Source of the DNA: Zygnema circumcarinatum SAG 698-1b
Lineage: Eukaryota; Plantae; Zygnematophyceae
DNA length: 64,000 nt
Reading direction: 5' to 3'
Assembly (NCBI GenBank): GCA_037447605.1
Contig: CM074809.1
Coordinates: 2,842,689-2,906,688, forward strand
Shown here piece after piece: positions 1-10,500 of the stretch (the first letter of the stretch is position 1; every line of letters begins with the position of its first letter). The position numbers were made by a program, and so were the translations under genes. The notes under the pieces were generated by a model. It worked only from the letters and a program-made list of their open reading frames with translations. It did not search any database and was not told the origin of the DNA.

Positions 1-319
1 ATTTGTGAAACCCGTGATCAGTTTCTCGATTGGGAAAAAGCGAAAATTGGATGAAACTTAAGCGTCAAGAGATTTCGAACGATTGTGTCAAGATTTAGTC
101 TTTGATGAAATCCGCAAGCTTTCGGAGAAACAAATACCGAAAATTAAACCAAAATCTCTCACTCTTGCAATATGAAGAGTGCACCACCAGCGACGTATCA
201 ATGTTGTAGTGAAGGTTTGAAATAAATATAGAGTGTACGGCTTTCTGATAAAAATGCTAAGTGATGCCACACATTCCCCAGCGCGCGAGGCAGCAGAAGC
301 TAAGGCCATGGACGCCCAC

Positions 320-436
320 CCCGCTCGAGCCCGTCCAGAGCAGCTCGTGAGCAGTATCGAAGGTCGCAGCGCACACGGCCTCGTCGAGGCGGTGCTGCTG
401 TGTGGAGGAAACCTCGAACAAGCCCTCGCTCATCAT
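320..436 (-). CDS. PAN2: First exon of a probable PAN2 poly(A) nuclease (N-terminal WD40 blade); the rest of the gene lies beyond the window start
   Basis: Minus-strand ATG at 436 gives MMSEGLFEVSSTQQHRLDEAVCAATFDTAHELLWTGSSG, then a phase-0 donor GGG|GTGGGC at 319. 'V..(A/S).FD...ELLW.G..G' resembles the PAN2 N-terminus as recalled. Only 39 aa are visible and it is not in the ORF track. Confidence 0.55.
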
Positions 437-469
437 GGCGCCTGCTCCAGCCCTTTCTACCCTTCTACC

Positions 470-566
470 TCCCTCCCTCCCTGCCTTTTTCCCTTCCTCC
501 TTCCCCCTCCCCTCCCCTCCCCCTCCCCTCCCCCCTCCCCTCCCCCTCCCCTCCCCCTCCCCCTCC
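470..566. repeat. (CCCCT)n-type polypyrimidine tract
   Basis: Read directly from the sequence, just upstream of the PAN2-like ATG. Confidence 0.9.
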
Positions 567-636
567 CGACTTCCGACTTCCCGAGCGTAGGGCCTTAGCT
601 CTGCCGGGCGACTTGGCTTGCGTGAAGGCCCTCTAC

Positions 637-670
637 ATTTAAGGGATTCCGTACACGGAATCCCTTAAAT
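637..670. repeat. Perfect 16-bp inverted repeat with a 2-nt spacer
   Basis: ATTTAAGGGATTCCGT-AC-ACGGAATCCCTTAAAT. Confidence 0.95.
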
Positions 671-834
671 ACCATATATACTCTTGGCCGTCCATTAGAA
701 AATATATATAGGAAAAATAGGAGAATTCTACTGCACCCCCGCGTTTTGGCTTTCGCACCCCCCTTTTGAAAATTTTGCCTGCCCGTTTTGGTTACCCCCC
801 TGTTTTGAATATTTCGGGAGGGAATATTTTTCCC

Positions 835-1640
835 GCCCCTCCGCTCCTCCCTTGCCCTCCTCCTCCTTCCCCTCCCCTGCCCTCCCCTCCCTTGCCCTCC
901 CCTCCCCTCCCTTCCCCTCCCCTGCCCTCCCCTCCTTGCCCTCCTCCTCCTTCCCCTCCCCTGCCCTCCTCCTTGCCCTCCCCTCCTCCCTTCCCCTCCT
1001 GCCCTCCCCTCCCTGCCCTCCCCTCCTCTGCCTTCCCCTCCCCTGCCCTCCCCTCCCCTCCCTTCCCCTCCCCTGCCCTCCCCTCCCTTGCCCTCCCCTC
1101 CCCTCCCTTCCCCTCCCCTGCCCTCCCCTCCCTTGCCCTCCCCCTCCCCTCCCCTCCTTCCCCTCCCCTGCCCTCCCCTCCCTTGCCCTCTCCCCTGCCC
1201 TGCCCTCCCTTGCCCTCCCCTCCTCCCTTCCCCTCCTGCCCTCCCCTCCTTGNNNNNNNNNNNNNNNNNNNNNNNNNNNNNNNNNNNNNNNNNNNNNNNN
1301 NNNNNNNNNNNNNNNNNNNNNNNNNNNNNNNNNNNNNNNNNNNNNNNNNNNNCCTCCCTCCCTTCCCTCCCCTGCCCTCCCCTCCCTTGCCCTCCCCTCC
1401 CCTCCCTTCCCCTCCCCTGCCCTCCCCTCCCCTGCCCTCCCCTCCCCTCCCTTCCCCTCGCCTGCCCTGCCCTCCTTGCCCTCCCTCCTCCTTCCTCCTG
1501 CCCTCCTCATGCCCTCCTCACCCTTCCCTCCCTCCTTGCCCTCCTCCTCCTCCCTTCCCTCCCCTGCCCTCCTCCTTGCCCTCCCTCCCTCCTTCCCTCC
1601 TGCCCTGCCCTCCTTGCCCTCCCCTCCTCTTCTCTCCTCT
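835..1640. repeat. About 800-bp degenerate (CCCCT/CCCTT/CCCTG)n polypyrimidine satellite containing a 100-N assembly gap (1253-1352)
   Basis: Almost purely C/T with occasional G. It opens reading frames on both strands. Confidence 0.95.
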
Positions 1641-1662
1641 TCTCGGTTTGCAATGTCCATAA

Positions 1663-1779
1663 ATGCCATCAACTCAGTATGAGACCCGCGATGAGCTCGT
1701 ACAAGTCGTCACCGAGCACTACAAGCACGAAGGAGTTCACATCAAGATCGGCAGATCGGCAGACGTTTCAGCAGTTTAA
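1663..1779 (+). pseudogene. Possible remnant of a Mutator/FAR1-type transposase N-terminal segment
   Basis: MPSTQYETRDELVQVVTEHYKHEGVHIKIGRSADVSAV* loosely fits the recalled 'F.T.DEL...V..(Y/H)....G..I.I.RS' pattern. Short and unverified. Confidence 0.3.
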
Positions 1780-2477
1780 TCGTGGGAAGGCTCAAGTGAG
1801 GGTCATCAAAGTTAGAGTGGGGCGTGGAGTGGGAAGGTAGGTGGCAAGTGTTAGCGTAGGATAGTTAGGTTTGTAGCACGCTAAATTACTTGGTAGTACG
1901 TTATTGGTGTGCTTTTAGTTGAATAGAATTGTCATACAAGTATTGTTTCACAGGATATTGGTTTGGTAGAATTGTAGTGTTCAAGTTTTGTAGTGGGGTG
2001 CTTTACTTCATTGTGCGTTGTTGGAGCTGGTGCTTGCAGCCCTTGGATGAGCATGTCCAAGTATATCTAAGTTGTACGGTTCTCATTAATATAAAAGAAG
2101 TTTTCCTAATTTTTTTTCTTTCACATTTCATTCGTGTGATGTTTCATCTTTTGCTTTGGAGTGAAATAGGCATATGTTAATTAGAGAAAATGTGTGAGGC
2201 AGGGACAGCAAGGGCAAGGGCAGGGGCAGGGGCAGCATCAGGGGCCAAAAGATCTTTGCTCCTCCTAGTGCTGCTGTTGCCCCCCCCGTACAGCAGCGGC
2301 AAAGATAGGGGCAACGATAACGGTCTCTTCTCGAGGTCGGTCAACGTTAGGTTGGGGAAGACTAAAGCAAGATCGTGACTTTTTTGGGTGTTTTTGAGGT
2401 GTTCTTGCAACAAATCCCATAAAGTCCCTTAAAAATTCTCAAAAGTTCCCTTAAAAACGTTGATTTACGGCTCTCAG

Positions 2478-2584
2478 GGAATTCCCTTAAATGTAGGGTC
2501 CTGCTTAAGGCGCATACGGAATCAGTGAATCCATTGTACGGACTAGTACGGAGATACAAAATATAGTCCGTACGACGATTCCGT
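2478..2584. repeat. Inverted copy of the 633-650 motif followed by a small GTAC hairpin
   Basis: GGAATTCCCTTAAATGTAG (2478-2496) is the reverse complement of CTACATTTAAGGGA(A)TTCC. Nested inverted pairs ACGGAATC/GATTCCGT and GTACGGACTA/TAGTCCGTAC lie at about 2516-2584. Confidence 0.6.
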
Positions 2585-3591
2585 GCACACCCGACGTGCA
2601 ATGATAATCCAGCCACCACAAACTAAACGCCTTATTTTATTTTGTTTTAGAAGAGTGGTGGACTTAGCAAACAAAATACAATTCTTTTTTTTTTGTGTTC
2701 CGGGAATGAGCCTTTAGTTTTCCTCTCCTAGCTTTTTTCTTTTTGTGCTTAGGTCCTTGCGACCAGTTCCTTGTGGTTGCCATCGTGAGTTCAGTGCACT
2801 TTCATTCCCATGCTGCTTTTGTCCATGTGAGTTTCATAACATCGCCATCGTGAGATCAATGCCACATCTCTCCCTCCCCCTTCCCACAGTTCGTTAACTT
2901 TTCTTAAGTTTGATACCCCCTATTGATAACGAGCTGCATTCATTAATATACTTCTTCGTTGAAGTTGAGCTGAATTGGACGACCTTGCCTGAAAGGAGTG
3001 ATGGAGAACAAAAGAAGAAGAGAAAGGGATGTGTAGGGGGCGAGGTGTGGAACGAGACGGAGCAGGTGGGCGTGAGAGAAGGCAGCACATGGAGAGGGAC
3101 ATAGGGCAAAAGAGGCAGATGGGAAAGAGGTAAACAAAACATGGATTGTCCATTCCCAGTCTTTGTTCCGGCGATATCCTCTCCATACTGCATATTTACT
3201 TCCACCGTGGGTCTCTAAAAGCTCATGAAGACTGAAATCTTGACACAAGAGGCACCAAAAAAAAAAAAAAAATCCACCTCAACCTTCCATCACGAAAAAT
3301 GGACGAATCTGAGCATGGTCAAACTTCATGCATTTTCAAACCTGCCCACTGTACACAAAAACGCATATCATACTTCTAATTCTTTGGCTATTTGCTCATG
3401 TCTACATCGAGCCCATGTACCTCACGAGCCTCAACAGTCCAAACATATCTCGTACTCGTTGCCAAGACATCACTGGCAACTGAAAACTTACTTTCAATTA
3501 CATTAAAGCCTATGAAGAGATTTTGTCACTGTAGGCCTTCAAGAGAGACAAGAGAGAATTGAGTGCCGCTAAGGAAGCTTGTCTGAGAGCC

Positions 3592-4643
3592 CTAATCGCC
3601 TGGAAGCCGCACCTTCAGACTGGTCTGCTCAGTTGCATTTACTCCAATGTCCAATATTACTTTAATAAAATCATGGTAATTTATCATTCCAGCCTCATCA
3701 GGAGAAGCCTCCTCAATCATCACTTTGACTTCCTCGTCTGTCAACATCTCCCCTAGATTCGACATGACGTCTCTCAGCTGCGCAACAATCCACTGTCAGT
3801 CAGCCACTGCATGAGGCGCCCTCCCACCCAGCTATTGGCACCATACATGGGAGCATCAGCTGTCAGCTACAAGGAGATCAAGAAATCAACATCTGCACGG
3901 CAGTCTGCACCTGTCTGTTGCATCGTCGTCGTGCTCATTAAGATGCAAGATTGTGGCGAGCCATCCTCACAAACAGGCAGGGTCTCACCTCCTTCACGGT
4001 AATATGGCCATTCTGCCCTTCGTCAAAAACTTTAAACGCTTCTTTGAGCTCCTCTTCAGCGTCGTAACCCTAAAATCCCAAATAAGGGAGGGCCCCATAA
4101 TTGACAGAGTCAGGAAAGCTGCACGCTGTCAGGAACAGCAAAACCAGTCTTGCAGGAAACAGGCTTGGTGGAATTTACTTTAAGCTTACGAGACATAAGA
4201 GTTAAGAATTCCTCCTTAGTGATGCTGCCAATGCTGTCGGAATCAATCTCATTCATCCGATGCTGCAGTTCGTCCTCTGTCGGATTCAGCGCCAATGCCC
4301 GCATAGCACTTCTAAGTTCCTTCAGATTCATGCGACCTGGCCACCTCCAAAAACCAACGAGCAGAAGTTCAATGCCTAACTCCAACTAAATTAAAACGCA
4401 GAAAAGGAGCCAATCTCTCGTCGTCTCGTACGAAACACATAATGAACAAGCAGGCGCGGGGCAGCTGAAACAAAGAAAATGGATCAATCTGAGGCGAGCC
4501 CTTTTATGCTTCGTGGCGCAGGACAACAAGAGCTCCCTCAAGCATCAGCCGCAAGAGCTCACACGCATACCGTCTTTATCTTTATCGTACACTTTAAACG
4601 CATCTTCAAACTCCTTCACTTGCTCCTCAGTCAAGTCCGCCAT
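3592..4643 (-). CDS. Divergent calmodulin-like EF-hand protein, 4 exons (4643-4571, 4336-4179, 4069-3989, 3777-3592)
   Basis: Spliced product [149 protein letters not shown]... All junctions are GT-AG and in phase. A further 3' exon after 'SLK|GTGCGG' cannot be excluded. Confidence 0.88.
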
Positions 4644-5204
4644 GTTCGGTCGAAAGCGTAATCGCAACCTACACGGAAACCCGATATCTGTTCCTGCGGA
4701 TCGCGACGCAACAGAATGGCTAGTCTTACTAATGCTTCATGCAGAAGCTTCCCGCAAGCGCTGTCATACCCGCCATGTAGGCGCGGACGCCTTCCACAGG
4801 AGCCCTTGAATATTTGAGCCCTTGAGCACTTTCTAACCTCCAGAAGTCTGGTGCCGTTTGTCTTTCTTGTCCTGAGGAGGACCTCCAAAGGACGGAGGTA
4901 GCAGCAGCACGAGCACAGACTGCATATTAGGGCGCTACTGGTTTTGCTTCTTCCCAAGAACCAGAGTACGCAGGCGAGTACTAATTCATCGTAAGGTGCC
5001 AAGTCAACGGCGCCGGCGCCGGCCATGTCCACAGTTCACATGTGTGAAATACCGTCCACATTATGACGGTACGCGCAACAGCGTCGCAAAAATCGCACAA
5101 CGTAATAATTTACGTTCTAGAAAACTGCAAACTTGGGGTTTGGTGAAGTTTGGCAGCAGCACGTCAGCGCCCGACCCCGGCCAATCAGAACCGTCGTCGG
5201 CTTC

Positions 5205-5610
5205 CGTCAGATTCCGCCTTTCGGCCGGCCGACAATCCAGCCGGCTACCGTACTGCTTTCCGCTGTTGGCTTCTTGTGGTATCGTTTGTCGCTTTGTGTC
5301 GCGAATCGTACGGCGACCGCGTCACGCTGGGCAAGCGGAACTTGCCGTCCGCCACCTGGCTGGCTGACGGCCGCCTGCACCAGCCCTGCCGCTGGCGCTG
5401 GCGCGCAGAATAGCTGAATAGTACACCGGCCGTCAGCCCGCCCGGCGCCGGCCGGCAAGTTCCGCATGCCCAGCCTTCCCCCATGACGTTGGTGTCCGTA
5501 CGATCTGGTCACCGAAGCGACAAACGATTTGTAGTAAATCCGCCGGCAACCGGTACGGCGCGGCGAAATTGTCAGGCGGCCGTCCAAAAAGCGGAATTTG
5601 AGCGGCGAAT
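5205..5610. mobile_element. Degenerate foldback / MITE-like element
   Basis: Imperfect inverted arms at about 5205-5312 and 5497-5610, including exact ATCGTTTGTCGCTT/AAGCGACAAACGAT and ATCGTACG/CGTACGAT. Internal hairpin GCTGACGGCCG/CGGCCGTCAGC at about 5363-5437. No TSD found. Confidence 0.55.
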
Positions 5611-5784
5611 TCTGATTTCGTACGGTACGGTGCGGTTCCTAACCCCCCATGACGGGGCATGCTCTGCCTGGTCGTCATGCATGCCAGCTCCCGAGTCATT
5701 TTGCACGTTTTAACTGCCACGTGGTCAACGTTCATTGGCGGAAAAATGCATATGCGAAATGCGAAATGCGAAATGAAAAAATAA

Positions 5785-6765
5785 GGGTAGTTATATTTCC
5801 ACCCCTTTTTTGGATCCAAACACCCCTTCTCGGCCGGGCAGATTTCAAAAAGGATTAAAAACGGAAAATGCTTTTTTCACACCTTTTTGGAATCGATACC
5901 ACCCTCCATCGGCAGATTTTATTGCTGCGAAGCAAGGAAAATAATAAACCGTCACCCTATTTGAATATCCCGCCTACCTGAATTCTTTTTCACGCGTGTG
6001 AATTCTTTTTCACGCGTGCGGTCAATCGCAGCCATCGATTCCCTCTCAGATCGCAACACAGCAGATCACTATTTGATCTGCATTATTATTTTGATATTTG
6101 GGCTCGGTGACAGCGCATGGCACGTGCCCACGTATCCCGCCAAAGTCGTCTCAACAATTTGTCCGTACACATGTCGTACGGTCGCAACTTGAGGAACCCA
6201 AAATTTCGTACGTTGAGATCTTGAACCAATCAAAATTTTCCACGTCAAAAATGTAACACGTGGCAGATGTTGTTTGGCTGAGAGCTAACAATTGACGAGA
6301 TCTCGGGCCGAGGGACGCGCGCACTTGCACGTGCGATCCTGCTTTGACGGGACTCGTGGGCGCTTTCCATTCGCTGAGATCGAGCCTGGTTGCAGATCGA
6401 ACGGTGATCTGCAGTGGTGCGATCTGCGAGGGAATCGACAGCTGCGATTGACACACACGTGTGAAGGACGGACACCCGCGAACGATCTCGTGGCGGACGG
6501 ATCTTCTGCTCCGAGCGGATTCGGGCAGGCAGATATTTCTTTCCCTCAAAAAAAAAAATTCATTAGGCGGGATACAGTATTCAAAATGCGGTGACGGGGT
6601 ATCATTTTCCTTGGTTAGCAAAAATAAAATCAGCCGACGGAAGAAGGTGGGTATCGATTCCAAAAAGGTGTGAAAAAAGCATTTTACGTTTTTAATCCCT
6701 TTTGAAATCTGCCCGGCCGGGAAGGGGTGTTTGGATCCAAAAAAGGGGTGGAAATATCACTACCC
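5785..6765. mobile_element. Non-autonomous long-TIR (foldback, MULE-like) DNA transposon, 981 bp
   Basis: Terminal inverted arms GGGTAG...ATTTCCACCCCTTTTTTGGATCCAAACACCCC... are near-identical over more than 110 bp and recognisable to about 200 bp. A second inner inverted pair lies at about 6020-6082 and 6390-6452. 8-bp direct flank AAAAATAA on both sides (5777-5784, 6766-6773). No coding capacity recognised. Confidence 0.85.
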
Positions 6766-6856
6766 AAAAATAATGAACAAACGAATTTTCAGAAATGCGA
6801 ATTTGCTATTCTCCCGAGGTCGCCAAATTTCCTTGCGACTTCCCTCCCGGTTTGCG

Positions 6857-6892
6857 CCCCCCCCCCCACCCCCCCCCCCCCCCCCCCCCCCC
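6857..6892. repeat. Poly-C tract
   Basis: About 36-nt C run with a single A. Confidence 0.95.
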
Positions 6893-6908
6893 GGGGCCCC
6901 CTTACGAG

Positions 6909-7283
6909 TAGGGATGGCTTAATTACGACTATATAATATATATTATATTATATAACTGTGACGACTAGATAACGGCTGTTATATAATACTTTACAACGCC
7001 TTTACAGCATGTACGGCCGTACGGTCGTACGACTGTAGGGTATTATGCGGTACGAATGTACGGCACGAGCACGAGCAGACAGTGTGAACCAGACGGACGC
7101 ATTTCGCAACGCCAACGCCAAAACGACCTAATTTTTGGTACGACCGTAGTACGGTCGTTAATTGTTCAAAACGAGTGGGTATAATATATGTAATAAAGTG
7201 TTTTACTTTGTACTATATTACTACTTTTAAACCCGTTGTAAAGTATATAATGTAATCGGACTTTATAACGCGGGCCATCCCTA
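6909..7283. mobile_element. hAT-superfamily MITE, 375 bp
   Basis: TIRs TAGGGATGGC (6909-6918) and GCCATCCCTA (7274-7283), resembling the Ac/Ds TIR (C/T)AGGGATGAAA. Perfect 8-bp TSD CTTACGAG at 6901-6908 and 7284-7291. Subterminal inverted ATACTTTACAACG/CGTTGTAAAGTAT. Confidence 0.9.
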
Positions 7284-7511
7284 CTTACGAGCCGTCCGGC
7301 CCTAGGCCCTAGGCCCAAGGGCGGAAGTCGCGGTTGACCGTCGCTAAACGGCGGGGCCACATGGAGCGGCCGTTCGCGGCTGGGGCGGCAGGACACGTGG
7401 CGCCCATTGGAAGCAGGAGCTGCCAAGGCTGCCTATGCAGGATTCCTGCAGGATGGCGAGGAGTCGTACCAGGACTGGGAGAGAGGGAGCAGACCGTATG
7501 GGAGGCCGGCC

Positions 7512-10500
7512 ATGGCGCTCAGCGTGGGCTCGTCGGTGCAGATGAATGGGCAGGGCATGCCTCCCGGAAGCCATGGGGCTCAGCACATGCATCAAAGGAG
7601 AGCGCCGGCTTCTGCAGGCGTTGCGTTTGCGGGGAATGGGAGTTCTGGCGGGCCACCGCCAGGCCAGACCGCAGAGCAGCTTGCGGCGTGGCAGCGGGTT
7701 TTGGACGAGGCGCAGACGGAAATTATCAACCAGGCAAGCTGCAGCCGCGTTCAGCGGTTTACCTTATGAGGTTTTGGAGTTTGTGGTCAGCACGAGTACA
7801 CGCTTTAGAGTTAGGTGTCTGATCTTTAGGAGCAGTTGTCCAAACGGGAAGTGAGGAAAAAGATTATGAACTTGCTCTACTGCTCAAATGCTAGTTTGCT
7901 GGTAAAAGTCCTTGGCCTTGCTTGTCACTGTGAAGTGCGGGACTTGTAAACGAGAGCCACTTTTTGGGTTGAAACCAGGCGAGTGAGAACGAGTTTCTTC
8001 GTTCCAAAGTGAGAGTGATGGAGTGGCAACGGCAACTCCACAACAATGGGGTAGGCGCCTTCCTTTTAGAGGTTGTTGTTTATAGATTCCGCCAATGTGC
8101 ATAGAGCATTTTCGTGCTCTGACCGTTTGAAGGAGGAAAAGGGTGTTCCCATCCTTACTGTGAACTGGGCTCGCGCATCTGTAAGCTTGAATGCATCGAC
8201 GATTCACGAGACAAATGCATAATCTGGAAATTACCTTAGTGTTTAAGTCTATGCGAGGGGCGTAGAACAGCATGATGGGGGAGACCGGCCTGAATATTTT
8301 TTCCATTCACCAGTCAAATTGTAGCATGTTTTTGTGTCGTCAATGGGCAGCTTTGTCACTGCAAATGTCATTCGACTTACCCTATTGCTGGATTTTGGTT
8401 TTAAACTAGTAGCGGGCTTGGGCAACTCTGGCAAGGCTTTGAATGTATTAGCCAATATCTACTTGTTGAAGATTGTATCCTTGAGCGAGAAAAATAGGCT
8501 TACTGGAAGGCTGACCAGCTGGCAGTGGAGTCTGATATCAGGCAGTAGATGGCGAAGCCGATATCGACTCTCTCGACAGTCGACAGTCATCTGCCATGGC
8601 ACCATCGGCAGAGCTAAATATGGCAGATGCCACGTATGCTGGTCATCATGGAGGGAAACTACCCCTAGGCGTAAGGAGACCTGTTTTCCCACAGGGTGAA
8701 CGCAGGAGAGTACAAAGTGGGCCTGCTTCAGAAGGAGCAGCTTCTCGTCCAAGCGACGCAGATGGAGGCCCAGCCAACGCATGGCTGCAGGATTCATCCC
8801 CTCCTCCAACACCAAATTCTGGCTTGCGTCCCTCTGTTAGGTACACGTGCCATTTGTCCACGGAGGTTGTAGCTGTTGAGGTTGAAGCATGCAGGCAAGG
8901 TGATGACTTTTGAGAGGGCTTCAATGGAGAAAATGGAACTCAATCTTCAATCGCTACTTCCAAAACCTGCTGTTGAAAATAGGAATTGTATAGTCTAACA
9001 CCAATGCCCGGCCTCCCAAAAATGTAGCGAGTAGCTTCCTAGCCATTTTAGTTCTGGATAAGTTCATTAGGTAGAACCTCATAGTTGCCTACCAATTAAG
9101 TGGTTGTTTGCATGCTACTAAAAGGATGAGGTCACGTGGTCCAACGCAAGTATTCAAAGATTGGCTATTAGGGACAACTCGTCACGGAACACCAAACTTG
9201 AGCTGAAGGAACTGTCTTTCACGTGTGGCAGCGTAGCGGCTAGCTTTGAAAATGTTTGAACCAAGTCAGCATTGACCAACTATTTGAGACCTTTTGCAAT
9301 TTTCAAAGGCTATCTCTGCATTGTTGATCATTCTCTTTACCAGCCAGACTCCTCGCTAGGTTGGTCGATTGGTTGATTTGCTGACTCAGTTAGTGCGAAT
9401 CATGCAAGAGTTGTTGCCCGGATTGTCTCTGAAAGGGGAAGATTCGAAAGTTAAATCAGAAGAAGGGGAGAGTCAGACTGATGGGTGATCATTCGTATCG
9501 TTCATGTAGATTACATGCGCTTTAGCTATCAGGTCGTTATTCTGGAGGCGATCTTTTGTGATTTACCAAGTAAATCAACTGCTTAGTTTACGTCGTGATA
9601 GTGTGATATTGGTGAATCGAAATTCAACGTCTGCTTGCAGTTTCTAAATGGTGGAACAAAGAGATACCCTTTCCTGATATGTTTTCTCCGTTTCCCCTTC
9701 CCTTCTCCCCTCCCGATTGCTGGAGCTGTAGACACTGGAAAAGAATGGACATTTAAACCCCCCTTTTTTTTTTTTTTTTTTTTTCTGTTGTCACTTTGTT
9801 TTGTGGCAGAAATGGAGGTGAACTTGTGGAGGCTGGTGGACAGCGGCCCTATGCTGGCTCCTTGCAAGTGCGTGGGATGGCTGGGCCCATTCTGCCTTCA
9901 CAACACGGTTCTGCTGCTGACCAGGTACGTAAGCATTTTAGAATGGGCACTCAAAACTGGCAGTGTAGCTTATCGGAGCTAAGGTTGCCTGCAATCTGTT
10001 GTCTTAGGATGGCCGGCTTTTGTCTCTTGGTTTGCCTGCCTTTCTTGATCTTTTAGATCCTTCTCGGCTGTGATAATAAAAAATGAACTGAGGAACGGTC
10101 TTGTGGCAGGATATACTTGTTAACAATGGGCGCATAGGGTGGCTTGAGGAACAACTTCATATACGGGACCGTCTTTTGGCCGCTGCTCAAGTAAAGGTGT
10201 ATTCCCCATCCTTTTTGGTAGCATAAGAATGAGCATGAATCATGACAATAGGCTCTACTCGCTCTCATGGGAACTTTGTCGCGCTGAAATTGCCACTAAG
10301 AGCTTGTGACTGAGATGTTGTTGCACGGAATCCGACATGTCTGTGCCAGCATGGCCTTGACATGGCTATGAGCGAGGCTGCAGATGCAGGGAAATTCGTC
10401 TTGCCTAGGCGAGATGCTTATGCACACCGGGTGAATTTGGACTGCAGGAAGCCCAGCTGCTGAGTGAAAAGCGCAGTTTGGAGCGGCGGGTAGCTGAACT

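Noticed and set aside
728-1840. Long Pro/Ser-rich (extensin-like) and Gly/Arg/Glu-rich ORFs
   Set aside because: They are translations of the CCCCT satellite, open in several frames on both strands, span an N gap and lack a signal peptide.
4631-5032. 133-aa minus-strand ORF as an N-terminal extension of the CML
   Set aside because: It is out of frame with the CML ATG, and the splice combinations I tried did not restore frame. At most it is a uORF or 5' UTR.
5133-6673. Overlapping ORFs in the inverted-repeat cluster
   Set aside because: They lie within non-coding TIR elements and show no transposase motifs.
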